From assembly GCA_963514005.1 (NCBI GenBank), contig OY740810.1:12834001-12898000 (forward strand): a DNA stretch of 64,000 nucleotides, given 5' to 3'. The notes below the pieces were generated by a model. The model searched no databases and was not told the DNA's origin. It worked only from the letters and a program-made list of their open reading frames with translations. The DNA is from Raja brachyura (taxonomy: Eukaryota). The stretch's first letter is position 1. Each line of letters begins with the position of its first letter. Made by a program: the position numbers and the translations under genes. Positions 10,691 through 21,626 of the stretch are shown piece by piece.

Positions 10691-12783
10691 AGCATTGATT
10701 TATCATTGCTGTCCTTTCAAAACAAGGTCAGAGGTAGGATTTTGCACTGTGTTGCAATGCCTTCAGCACTCAGATCATCCTTGCATGCAGCTAGAAACAT
10801 TCAACATGGGGTGAAAAGTGGGAAATAACACTGGCACTAGACATGTCTAACCATCTTCTCCTGACATTCAACAATATTTTGAATGCACCTGGATCAAGTT
10901 AAAACCTGGGTACCCCGAGGCACAAATTGCTACTAACAACTAAAGTCATTCCATCATCTATAATGCACAAGTGCAGTGGAATATTTCCAAGTTGATCAAA
11001 TGAGTGCAGCACCATCTCAAACAACCAACAGAGAGGGCACCAAACTAATACTGCTAATCATTCATTTCCTCCACCACTGCAACTACAGGCTGCAGCTTGC
11101 ACTTTCTACAAAGTGCACTGCAACAATTTGGTAAGACTTCAAAAGTAGCGACCTATGATCGCCTTGAAGTAGAAGTCCAGTAGCCATGTGAAAATGCCCC
11201 CACTTGGAAAATGAATTACAAATCATTCAGTGTTGCTGGATCTAGATACAGGAACTGCCCTACAAAGCCTTTCTCTTGCTCTTGTATCCACAATTTAAGT
11301 GGCAAATGACTGTGCAAATCAATAGATTTTACACGTTGCTCTGTTTCTCTCTTAATCAATCAGTGTCTGATGTGCTGAGTATTTTGCAACTTTTTGCTAT
11401 TTCTATTTCCAATCTGTGCAGTATTTGTGCTCTAGCATTGTGGAGTAATTGTTTCTAGGTTAGATCGAACTGCTTCCATTGATTCTTCATCAAACCTAGA
11501 CAAAGAATTATTCTCCTATTAGCACTGTTGATTTCACATTGGTTAAAATAAAGTAGAGGATACAAAAGGAAGATACAAGCAAATTATGTAAAAATGTTGT
11601 TAGCAAGTTAGATTTTTGTCAAAAACTGATGAGCACAGTATAATTAAGATAAGAACATCCAGATGAATAGATATTGTATTAAATTGACATACTGTGTAAA
11701 ATAAATCTGACAGCATCTTAAAATCTCTAAAATATAATTATTGCAGCCTTCGCAAGGGCACAATGACTTAGATACACTGGGACCTCGATGATCATAATGT
11801 TGGCACCATGTCAAATATCAGGTTTGGATTATCAATCGGTAACATTATCTAAGTTTTCCTCACTCTCGAGGGCATGCTCAACATTTCCAGCATTTTCTTT
11901 TTAGATTTCCGGTTTCAATAACAGTTCTGACGTGCATTTCAGAACTTTAATAGGTCCCTTTGTTTTCTGTCTCTCTCTTATTGCACTAATTAATTTATTC
12001 ACTAGATAGTTCCTTAAACATTGGGATCTCCTGATTTCATCTCATCAATGATAATCTCTGTGACTATGCAACCCCATCTCATCTGCCAAGTGACCCTCTC
12101 TGTAACCCAAAGCTAATGTGTTTTCTCAGATTCCTAGTTTTGATGAAGGAGTCACAAACTGAAAAGCTTATTGTGCTTACTGGGTTTCTCCTTCCACGGA
12201 TGTTACCAGACATGCTGAGCAATTTCCGATTTTTTATTCATATTCCCTGCACTTGCAACTTTAATTTTCTATTACTGTCGACATCCAGTGGTTTTCCTAA
12301 TGAAACTAAGCTTTCTCATCTTCCATAAAGGTGTAGATTAGTTGGAAATACATTTACTCCACCATCTGCCATCTCCACCCTGTATCCATTTAACACTTGC
12401 CACACTTTGCCCCCACTTCTCTTTTCCAGGTTTCTCCCACTACTCTAATCAGTCTGAAGAATAGTCCTGACCCGAAATGTCGTTTGTTCCAATTCCCTCT
12501 ACAGATGCTGCCTGACCCACTTAAATCCTGCAGCACTTTGTGTTTCAGTCAAGATTCTGGCCTGTGCAGTTTCACGTGTGTCCATATTTATTCATATGTT
12601 TTGTTTTAACTTTACTTTTGTACACATTTTGCTGGTAAAGTAATAATGAATACACCAGTACAATGTTGTTATATTTTCAAACAGGAACAATGATAAACAA
12701 TGGGATTTCAACTATTTATGTTATGCAATCAGTTATATAGATCAAAACAATAACTACATTAATCTGAAAATATCCATATGTTA

Positions 12784-13026
<243 letters not shown>

Positions 13027-13182
13027 CTAAATCATGAGAGATTCTCAATCAGCTCCACAAGACATCAGAACTAAAATGTCTTCCAAGATACAATGCCACG
13101 TTAAGTCAATCGCAAGATCGCCGTGTGAATTAGATAAATGTATGGAAAAAATATTAATAATGCGCAAGAAAATGAAATGACG

Positions 13183-14280
13183 GTATAGAGTTATACAGTC
13201 TGGAAACAGCCCCTTCCACCCAGCTTGTCTATTCTGATCAATGTGCTCTATCGACACTAGTCTGTATTTGGCCCATATCCCCCTAGACCTTTTCTATCCA
13301 TGTAGCTGTCTAAATGTCTTTTAAATGTCATTATAGTTTCTGCCTCAACTAACTCCTCCAGCGGATTATTCCATATACCGTCCATTTAATAGATTCCTAT
13401 TAAATCTTTCTCGTCCAATCTCTGGTTCTTGATTCCCCTACTCTGGGTAAAAGACCCTATCTATTCCCCTCATGATCTGAAACACCTCTATAAGATCACC
13501 TCTCATCCTCCAATGCTGCAAGGAATACAGTCCTAGCCTGCCCAACCTCTCTCTTTAAGTTCAGGCCCTCAAGTCCTGGCAACACCCTCGTAAATCTTCT
13601 CTGCACTCCTTCCATCTTAACAACATCTTTCCTATAGCAAGGTGACCAAAACTGAACATGATACTCCAACTGTGGCCTCACCATGCTTTGTACAGCCGTA
13701 AGTTAACATCCCAACTTCTATACTCAATATCCTGACTGATGAAGGCCAATGTGCTAAAGCCTTCTTGACCACTTTATCGATCTGTGATGCCACTTTCAAG
13801 GAACTATGTACCTGTACTCCTAGATCCCTCCGTTCTACCACTTCCCAGAGCACTGCTATTCACTGTCAAGGTCTTGCCCTCGCAAAATGCAACAGCTCAC
13901 CTTTATGTGCATTAAACTCCATTAACCATTCCTCTGCCCACTTGGTCGAGATCCTGATGTAAAGTTTGATAACTACGTTCGCAATCTACATACCACTTTT
14001 GTGTCATCTGCAAACGTACTAATCGTGCCTTGTATGTTCTCATCCAAATTGTTGATAAACAAACAGCAATGGGACCAGCACTGATCCTTACGGCATAACA
14101 TTAATAACAGTCCAGTCTGAAAAACAACCTTCCACCATCACCTACTGCTTCCTTTCATGAAGCCAATTTTCTATCCATTTTCGATCCCATGCGATCTAAC
14201 CTTCCAGAGCAGCCTACCATGCCGAACCTTGTCAAATGCCCTGCTGACATCCATATAGACAATGTCTAATGCTCTGCTCT
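13183..14280 (-). mobile_element. CR1-type LINE 3' fragment (RT C-terminus plus 3' tail), decayed
   Basis: VRPQLEYHVQFWSPCYRKDV..MEGVQRRFTR.LPGL and RDLGVQVHSSLKVASQ.DKVVKKA. Confidence 0.9.
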
Positions 14281-14763
14281 TATCAAAATTCAAAATAAAT
14301 GTACAAAAATGTAAACAAAAACAGTTTACAGTTTATAGTTACTTTATTTATAGTGCTTATTTTATTGTACCACATAATTGTAGGCTGCATTTGAATTTTA
14401 TTGTGCTGAATAAAAATCAATTATTAAATTAGCAAAGATAACTGAAGAAAAAAAATACACAGGCCTATGTTAACAGTTGAACAATTTCAAGATAGTAAAG
14501 ATCATCCAATGTTCAAGTTGACAAACATTGTATCAGTGAAGACTGAAAAACTGAAACTAGTCTGAATGTATTAGATTGCAACACATTTCATTTCGGAGTC
14601 ACGTGAGTGACTTCGTGAAGAGCCCGCCGGTGCGCATGCTCGACATATCGTCGTACCGCGTTGCTGAGACGGCTGGCGGTGGAGCGCGCTCCTCGCCAGC
14701 CCTTCATAAGGGGCCACGGAGGTAAGTATTCTACCTTTAGTTGGTGGTCCTTGTTGTCTGATT

Positions 14764-15564
14764 ATGTCTTGCAGCAAGGACATGGATGGGAGTTTCAAGG
14801 GCCGGAGGATGTCTGGACGAATTCGACGGCCAACAGTTCCGCCTGCAGCGCAGGCCGGGACTCAGGCGGAGATGTGGGTAAGCCCTGTGTTTACAGGTCC
14901 AAATCCGCCAGCACACCACAGCTCGGAGGAGTTCGACGAGGAGGAGTGTGGAGTGCCGCCAGAGCAGGGGGACCCTGCCATGGCAGTCAGGTCGTCAGCG
15001 GGCTCGCTGGCGACCTCGAGCAGGGCACGTGCCGTTGCACGGCCTGTTCCACTCATCCCTCCGAGAAGGGGGAGGGCAGGAGCCCAGAAGCCTAACCCTG
15101 TTAGGGCTAAGGCATTGCCTGCCGCGGAGGAGCGGTCAGGTTCCAGGGCGAGACCCGGGGCGGCTGTGAGGTCTAGCCGGCACACCCCGACTCTCGACAC
15201 CGGGACGGGCCGGTTGAGTCGGGTCTCGTCACGGTCGCCGAGCCCCCCATGGATGGGTGGGCGAGACCATGCGTCGGCAAGGTCCTTAGTCCAAGGTCAT
15301 GGCCCCAGGCAGCCATGCTTCGGCTGGTGGCGACACCACGCCGCAAGTGTCCTTAGTGGCAGCGGCTTCAGCTCCCGCTAAACGGAGGCGGTTGAACACG
15401 CCCGCGCAGGAATCGCGCAGTTTCGCCTCGGCGGCTGTCAGCGACAACTACCGGCACCGGCAGGGCCTCGACGAGGTGCGGGCGATGACAGGAGCCCGGT
15501 TTTCTTTTCAGAGCCGGAGGACTCCGACCACCTGAGTGTTCAGGGTGAAGGGCGTATTGACCGT
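14764..15564 (+). pseudogene. DIRS gag N-terminal low-complexity region, interrupted or intronic
   Basis: ORF 14764..15381 is in the same frame as 15565..16479 but is separated by TAA at 15379-15381. An overlapping frame (15299..15535) carries PAKRRR. Confidence 0.5.
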
Positions 15565-16479
15565 ATGGAGCGGCTGCTGGAGCTCCTGCTTCAACGTCAA
15601 CAACAGCAGGGCAGCAACAGGCACAGGGCGTCTTCACCAACATCTACTATCAGCCTGGAGCAGCAGGAGGAGGAGGTTCTGGTGGATCCCGTACCACCTC
15701 CGTTGGAGGTGCCAGCGGAGGAACTCTTGGATGTGGCGACCAAATTCGCGGCCCCACATTCATCTGGTCTTCCTCTAAATACAAAGCTGGCAGCCACAGT
15801 GGACTTTCTTAATAATCAGGTGCTGCAGGAAGAAGTCCTCATCCAGGCTATGAGGCGTCACAAGGCTCCATCAAACTGCAACTCCCTCAACGTGCCTGTG
15901 GTCAATACGCCAATATGGGGCAACATCAGTGCGGCTATCCGTCAACAGGAGCTAAAATTGCAGCGGATCCTGAAACTCCTCACGGCCGGTATTACCGCCT
16001 TTGCGCGGTCGGTGGACGGGGACGAACTGAATTTGGACCAGGAAGATGCTCTGGCCCTATTGTGCGCGACCCAGCATGAAATCAACGGGTTTCGCAAAAA
16101 CAGCATCCGCCAAGCACTCAACCCGAAGTTTGCAGGATTGTGCAAACCACCGCCGCCGCCCCGTCAGCTCTTTGGTGAGGACCTCTCGAAGAGAGTCAAA
16201 GAGCTTGACGAACAAGCCAAAACGGTGGGGAGCATGCGCTCTCAGAGTGCCCCCACACCGTCAGGCTCAAAAGCTCCATACATTCGCTCACGAGGGTCGG
16301 CCAGTGCCTCGACGAGGACTCACCCTCTAGCTCCACAACGACAACAGCACCAGAACCAGCACCAAGGGTCTTTTTTAGGACAGGGTCGGCAGAGACCTTG
16401 GTGGAAATCGAAGACGCCGCGCCCTCAAGCCAACCCAGCACCTCCATGGCCACCCACACGTGTCAAGGACCGCCGGTAA
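15565..16479 (+). CDS. DIRS gag-like protein, 304 aa
   Basis: Lies upstream of pol; carries DIRS-gag-type motifs VNTPIW, DALALL...RKNSIR.ALNPKF.GLC and LFGEDL. Confidence 0.8.
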   Translation: MERLLELLLQRQQQQGSNRHRASSPTSTISLEQQEEEVLVDPVPPPLEVPAEELLDVATKFAAPHSSGLPLNTKLAATVDFLNNQVLQEEVLIQAMRRHKAPSNCNSLNVPVVNTPIWGNISAAIRQQELKLQRILKLLTAGITAFARSVDGDELNLDQEDALALLCATQHEINGFRKNSIRQALNPKFAGLCKPPPPPRQLFGEDLSKRVKELDEQAKTVGSMRSQSAPTPSGSKAPYIRSRGSASASTRTHPLAPQRQQHQNQHQGSFLGQGRQRPWWKSKTPRPQANPAPPWPPTRVKDRR

Positions 16480-16481
16480 CC

Positions 16482-18410
16482 ATGGAGGTGAGGGGGTCTG
16501 GTTCTCTTTTTTCTCTCTGTTTAACTTCCCATGTTGGTGGTCGTTTACGGTTGTTTTTGGGTGCATGGGGTAATTTTACTGGTGATGAGTATGTGTTGCG
16601 GAATATTCAGGGGCATAAAATTGAGTTTATTAATGGCGACATTCCTCCATCCCAGCACATGCCTGGTCGTACGTTTAAATTGTCTGCTGCAGAACAGGCA
16701 GCAGGTTATAAGGAAATTTTAAGTCTGGAACAGAAGGGTGTGATTGAGAAAACGGTGCATGAGCCAATTGAATTTGTTTCGAACATATTTACTAGACCTA
16801 AGAAGGATGGAGGCTGTCGTGTCATTATTGATCTAACCCGTTTGAATACGTTTGTAACATATACTCATTTTAAAATGGATACGTTTGAAACAGCCAAATC
16901 ATTGATTTCTCATGGTTGCTTTATGGCATGCATCGATTTGAGGGATGCATATTATTCAGTATCCATCCAGAAATATGATAGAAGGTTTTTGAAATTTATC
17001 TGGATGGGGCAACGTTGGCAGTATAAGGCTTTGCCTAATGGGCTCACTACAGCCCCTAGATTGTTCACTAAATTGGTGAAGCCAATCATGGCTTATTTGA
17101 GACAACGACATCATATAGTTATGGCCTATTTAGATGATGTCTTTATTGTGGGCCACACCCTGCAATTGGCTGAACAGGGTGTTGCAGCTGCTGTCAATAT
17201 ATTTCAACAATTAGGATTCATTGTCCATCCAGAGAAATCGAAGTTCTGCCCTGCCCAGGTAATTAATTACCTAGGGTTCACGGTGAACTCAATGAGCATG
17301 AGGATAACTATACCAATTAACAAAATTGAGGAAGTCACTCAGGTGTGCAGAGATTCAATTGGCACCAATATACCATCGATTCGGCATACAGCCACAGTAA
17401 TTGGCAAGCTAGTGGCTTTGTTTCCGGCAGCACGATATGGACCTTTGCATTATCAGAATTTGCAAAGAGCTAAAATTACTGCGTTAAAACGGAACGCTGG
17501 TCATTATGATCGATCAATGCAGCTGCCGTCCGAAGCGATAACTGAGTTGCAATGGTGGGTGTGTCACATTAGCAACTCATTCAAGCCTGTTAGGGAGGCT
17601 AATCCGGTGGTATATTTACAGACTGATGCAAGCTCCAATGGCTGGGGAGCTACTGATAATTGCTCTAGTTGTGGGGGCAGATGGGACACCCTTGAGTCAT
17701 CGATGTTGTTGACTCAAGGGATTAACTATTTGGAGTTGCTGGCAGCATTCCACGGACTTCGTGCATATTGTTCCAAGCTTGTTGGAGCACACGTCCGTCT
17801 CCAAATAGACAACACCACAGCTGTGGCATATTTAAACCATATGGGTGGTACCAGGTCAGTTTCATGTGACAAATTGGCTAACTCAATTTGGCTCTGGTGT
17901 GTTCAAAGAGACATTTGGATTTCAGCTACCTATTTGCCAGGTGAGCTTAATACTGTGGCGGACACCAGGTCACGCAAATTTAATGACAATATTGAATGGA
18001 TGTTGCATCCTGAGATTTTTTCTAAAGTCACAGCCAAATTTGGTAAACCGGACATTGACCTTTTTGCGTCACGGTTAAACCATCAGGTACCAGCCTACGT
18101 TTCATGGGAACCAGATCCTGGGGCAATAGCGCTAGATGCATTCTCGCTGGACTGGGGGAATTGGTTTTTCTATGCCTTCCCCCCGTTTTGCCTCATCAGT
18201 CGGGTATTGCGAAAGATTCAGGCAGATGCTGCCAAGGGCATCCTTATTATACCCGACTGGCCCACACAGCCTAGGTATCCGGTGGTCTTTGACATGCTCA
18301 ACGAACCTTGGGTCCTTTTGAAGGGTTGCCCACAATTGGTTACTCACCCTGTCTCAGGGGAGCCACATCCCTGCCATGGCTATTTAAATTTGTTGGCTTG
18401 CAGATTCTGA
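16482..18410 (+). CDS. DIRS pol: reverse transcriptase + RNase H + Dam-like adenine methyltransferase domain, uninterrupted
   Basis: RT: VGGRL, IDLRDAYYSV, LPNGL..APRLFTK, YLDD. RNase H: TDAS..GWGA, INYLELLA, DNTTAVAY, N..AD..SR. MT: DLFAS, DAFSLDW, FPPF. The ATG at 16482 follows the gag stop by 2 nt. Confidence 0.95.
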   Translation: MEVRGSGSLFSLCLTSHVGGRLRLFLGAWGNFTGDEYVLRNIQGHKIEFINGDIPPSQHMPGRTFKLSAAEQAAGYKEILSLEQKGVIEKTVHEPIEFVSNIFTRPKKDGGCRVIIDLTRLNTFVTYTHFKMDTFETAKSLISHGCFMACIDLRDAYYSVSIQKYDRRFLKFIWMGQRWQYKALPNGLTTAPRLFTKLVKPIMAYLRQRHHIVMAYLDDVFIVGHTLQLAEQGVAAAVNIFQQLGFIVHPEKSKFCPAQVINYLGFTVNSMSMRITIPINKIEEVTQVCRDSIGTNIPSIRHTATVIGKLVALFPAARYGPLHYQNLQRAKITALKRNAGHYDRSMQLPSEAITELQWWVCHISNSFKPVREANPVVYLQTDASSNGWGATDNCSSCGGRWDTLESSMLLTQGINYLELLAAFHGLRAYCSKLVGAHVRLQIDNTTAVAYLNHMGGTRSVSCDKLANSIWLWCVQRDIWISATYLPGELNTVADTRSRKFNDNIEWMLHPEIFSKVTAKFGKPDIDLFASRLNHQVPAYVSWEPDPGAIALDAFSLDWGNWFFYAFPPFCLISRVLRKIQADAAKGILIIPDWPTQPRYPVVFDMLNEPWVLLKGCPQLVTHPVSGEPHPCHGYLNLLACRF

Positions 18411-19388
18411 ACAGACCGTTAGTCCAATACGGCCTCTCGGCGCGGACCATGGATACCATTGGGGCGTCGTGTCGAGAGTCCACAAGGCGAAGATACCGCT
18501 CGCATATTAAGAAGTGGGAAGCCTACTGCAGCCGCTCTCGCATCACGTATGATGACGTGACAATAACCGATGTCCTGGAATTCCTCGTGGGGTTGCACCA
18601 TGATGAACACTTAAGTTACAGTGCCATCAACAGCGCCAGAAGTGCGTTATCATTCTACCTCAATATTGAGGTAGGATCCAACAGGCTAGTGTCCAGACTC
18701 ATGCGGGGTATATTCAATATGAATCCGCCTACACCACGCTATAGTATCACCTGGGATGTCAGGGACGTATTAACCCTGCTCAGGACGTGGTCTCCCATGG
18801 AAGGGCTCCAACTGGACCAACTCACCATGAAGCTGGTGATGTTACTAGCGCTGACTTCAGCTCAGAGGGTACAGACACTACACAAACTTCGTGTCGACAG
18901 AATGATTTCTACCCCTACAGAAGTAGTCTTTTTTTATTGACGAGCTATTAAAGCAGCTTAGACCTGGGTGCACAGGGCTGCAGCTGAAGTTCCCGGCATA
19001 CCCCGCAGATGCTAGGCTATGTTTAGCCTCACATATCCGCCACTATGTCAAGGTGACGGCACGCATCAGAGGAATGGAGAGATACCTGCTTGTCACTCAT
19101 AAGAGACCTCATCATCGAGTGACAGTCCAGACGATATCCAGGTGGCTGCGAGTCGTCTTGGGTAAGTCAGGTATCGACACTAATGTGTTCAAGTCTCATT
19201 CCACCAGGGCTGCATCGACGTCAGCGGCGAGGAATATGGAGGTGCCTATGGACCAAATTCTCGCTACAGCAGGATGGGCTAATGAAGCTGTGTTCCAGCG
19301 TTTTTATAACAAGCCTGTTGCTGCTCCTCTACAGTTCGCAGAAGCCGTGCTGAATGCAGGTTCAGAACGTGGAGATGTCCCCGCATGA
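18404..19388 (+). pseudogene. DIRS tyrosine recombinase with a single +1 frameshift at a T7 run (18929-18935)
   Basis: Removing one T joins ORFs 18308..18940 and 19053..19388 (..VVFFIDELLKQLRPG..). Catalytic R (SAQRVQ), HxxR (HSTR), W (AGW) and Y (FYNK) are all present. Confidence 0.92.
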
Positions 19389-19529
19389 GGGGTTTTGATT
19401 TGTTATTAATAAATATGCTCTTGTTTTGCAGTAAGAACTATTGAGCAAGTTTGTTCCTCCCATCCATCCCTGGTAGTGGTGTGTCAGCATGGACGTGGTC
19501 CAGGGCGTGTAATCACAGAAGCTTTGAAG

Positions 19530-19642
19530 TCTTCACGAAGTCACTCACGTGACTCCGAAATGAAATAGTAAGATTGAACGAGAACTTACCAGTTCGAAGG
19601 TTGATCTTTATTTTATGAGGAGTCGAAGTGAGGGATTTCGTG
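19530..19642 (+). repeat. DIRS internal complementary region (ICR)
   Basis: Exact reverse complement of the right-end/left-end circle junction (...AATCTTACTA|TTTCATTTCGG...). Confidence 0.95.
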
Positions 19643-20178
19643 CCCTCCTCGCCCAACCCTCAATCACCTTCATCTGGTAATCTTAGTCACTTCAATCTTA
19701 CTATGCGAAGTCATTTCTATTGTTGGGTTCTGTGATTCCACGCCGCTACTTTGAAGTATGTCGAGCATGCGCGCCGGCGGGCTCTTCACGAAATCCCTCA
19801 CTTCGACTCCTCATAAAATAAAGATCAACCTTCGAACTGGTAAGTTCTCGTTCAATCTTACTAATCTCAATACATGCCCTTGTCCCAAATAGTGCCCCGA
19901 CCCACTGAGTTCCTCCAGCACTTTATGTTTTGTTCAAGATTCCAGCATTTGCAATTTATTATGTCTGCAATATAATCTCATCCATTTACCACTCCAACTA
20001 AATGATATGTAATGATGCAGTCATCTGATAATAGATATTTCGCCAATATCTCATGTTCCTGAACATCTATTGTTAATTTTACTTATCTCTGTAAAATTTC
20101 TATATTGAATTGTGCTGCTTCGAAAAACTTGTAGTGTAAGAATGCCTACACATAGAAACTATAAGGACAAAATGTTTA

Positions 20179-20352
<174 letters not shown>

Positions 20353-20662
20353 TCATAAAGCTAATGGAATTTCTCATTAATTTATGCTATTTCCTTATTT
20401 TTTACAATAATTTTCCTATCACATTAAAATGAATAAAGGAACTTGAATTAAAGTAACCACATTTCTTGCCCTCCGGTCACAAAGTACTTCATCTGCAGCT
20501 AGTAAAATGCTAAAAATCTATCGTGGCTTCACCAGTCCCTTCTCTTGTCTCCCATATCAGCAGGTCAATACATCTCATCCGGCACTAGGGATTCTCGAAC
20601 TATTTCCTTCTCCTATCGATCCTTCTCCTCACTGAATAAAGATGAGAAGTATTAATTTAAGA

Positions 20663-20962
20663 CGATGGCGCAGCAGGTACAGTTGCTGCCTCACACGGCA
20701 GAGACCGGGTTCAATTTGACCTCGGGTGCTTACTGTGTGAAGTTTTCATGTTCGCTATGTGACCGCGTAGGCTTCCTCCGGGTTCTCCAATTCTTCCCAA
20801 AGACATGCAGGTTTGTAGGTTAAATGGGTTCTCTAAATTGCCCCTAATGTGTTGAGAGTTTATGAGAAAGTGGAATAATATAGAACGTGTGAATGGGTGA
20901 TTGTTGGTCAGCATGGACTCGGTGGGCCAAAGGGCCCGTTTCCATGCTGTATCTCTAAACTA
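20663..20962 (+). mobile_element. HE1/V-SINE-like copy
   Basis: GGCGCAGCAGGTACAGTTGCTGCCTCAC head, V-domain, TCTCTAAACTAAA tail. Confidence 0.8.
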
Positions 20963-21399
20963 AAGCTCACTTACGTCCTCTACCTGCGCACACATAATAC
21001 TTTGATCCCAAATGGGCCTTATTCTATCGAATACCACCACAAAACCCTCTATGAGCTTTTAGGAGATTCTTATAATTGAATGATCAAAAACAAGTTAGCA
21101 GAATGTGTATTAAAATAGACTAATTGGATAATCTTGGCAAAGTCAGCAGCTGCAAAGAAAATTAAGACATGGTAGCACTTCATTCTTACATTTAGTTTTC
21201 AGTCTCGAAAACAACTAAATCTTTGGAAGTTTAGACTTACAACAAAATTGTGCGATAAACTACACTTGTACTTAATATAATTTAAAGTACTGGTTGGAAT
21301 CGCATTCACTGAGCAATAGAAATATTAGAATTTATTTCATCTGATGGATGCTTGCCTGTTACACTGGCAAAGATAGATTAAGATGCACTGTACTCCTAC

Positions 21400-21456
21400 C
21401 TTTAGTTTTGAAAGTTGCCCGAGTTCTTTTGCAGCGTTGAAAATAAGTTGCGTTCC
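21400..21456 (-). CDS. unc13a: unc13a exon (GTQLIFNAAKELGQLSKLK), 57 nt
   Basis: ttttcaaag acceptor, GTAGGA donor. Confidence 0.94.
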
Positions 21457-21596
21457 CTTTGAAAAAGAAACATAAACAATGAATGCCAAAACTCAGCTTA
21501 AATAATAGTATTAAAAAAGCTGTAACAATCTTGCACTTCACAAAACTTTTTCAAAATACAGTCACAGACACATTCAACACCAAATTATTTTCTTAC

Positions 21597-21626
21597 ATCG
21601 CTGTGACAGACAAGCTTCACCCTTCC
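21597..21626 (-). CDS. unc13a: unc13a 30-nt cassette exon (GRVKLVCHSD)
   Basis: tctcttttcag|GGAAGGGTG...AGCGAT|gtaag, phase 0 to 0; resembles GRVKLPSHSD of the mammalian Munc13-1 MUN loop insert. Confidence 0.82.

Larger units (their letters stand above)
14586..19863 (+). mobile_element. Full-length DIRS1-like tyrosine-recombinase retrotransposon (about 5.28 kb), antisense within an unc13a intron
   Basis: gag / RT-RH-MT / YR order. ITR 14612-14647 vs 19757-19792 (35/36). ICR 19530-19642 is the exact reverse complement of the left 36 nt (14586-14621) joined to the right 77 nt (19787-19863). No TSD; begins with TTT. Confidence 0.96.

Noticed and set aside
14571-16566. Antisense and alternate-frame ORFs in the DIRS gag region
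   Set aside because: Expected in GC-rich coding DNA; no motifs.
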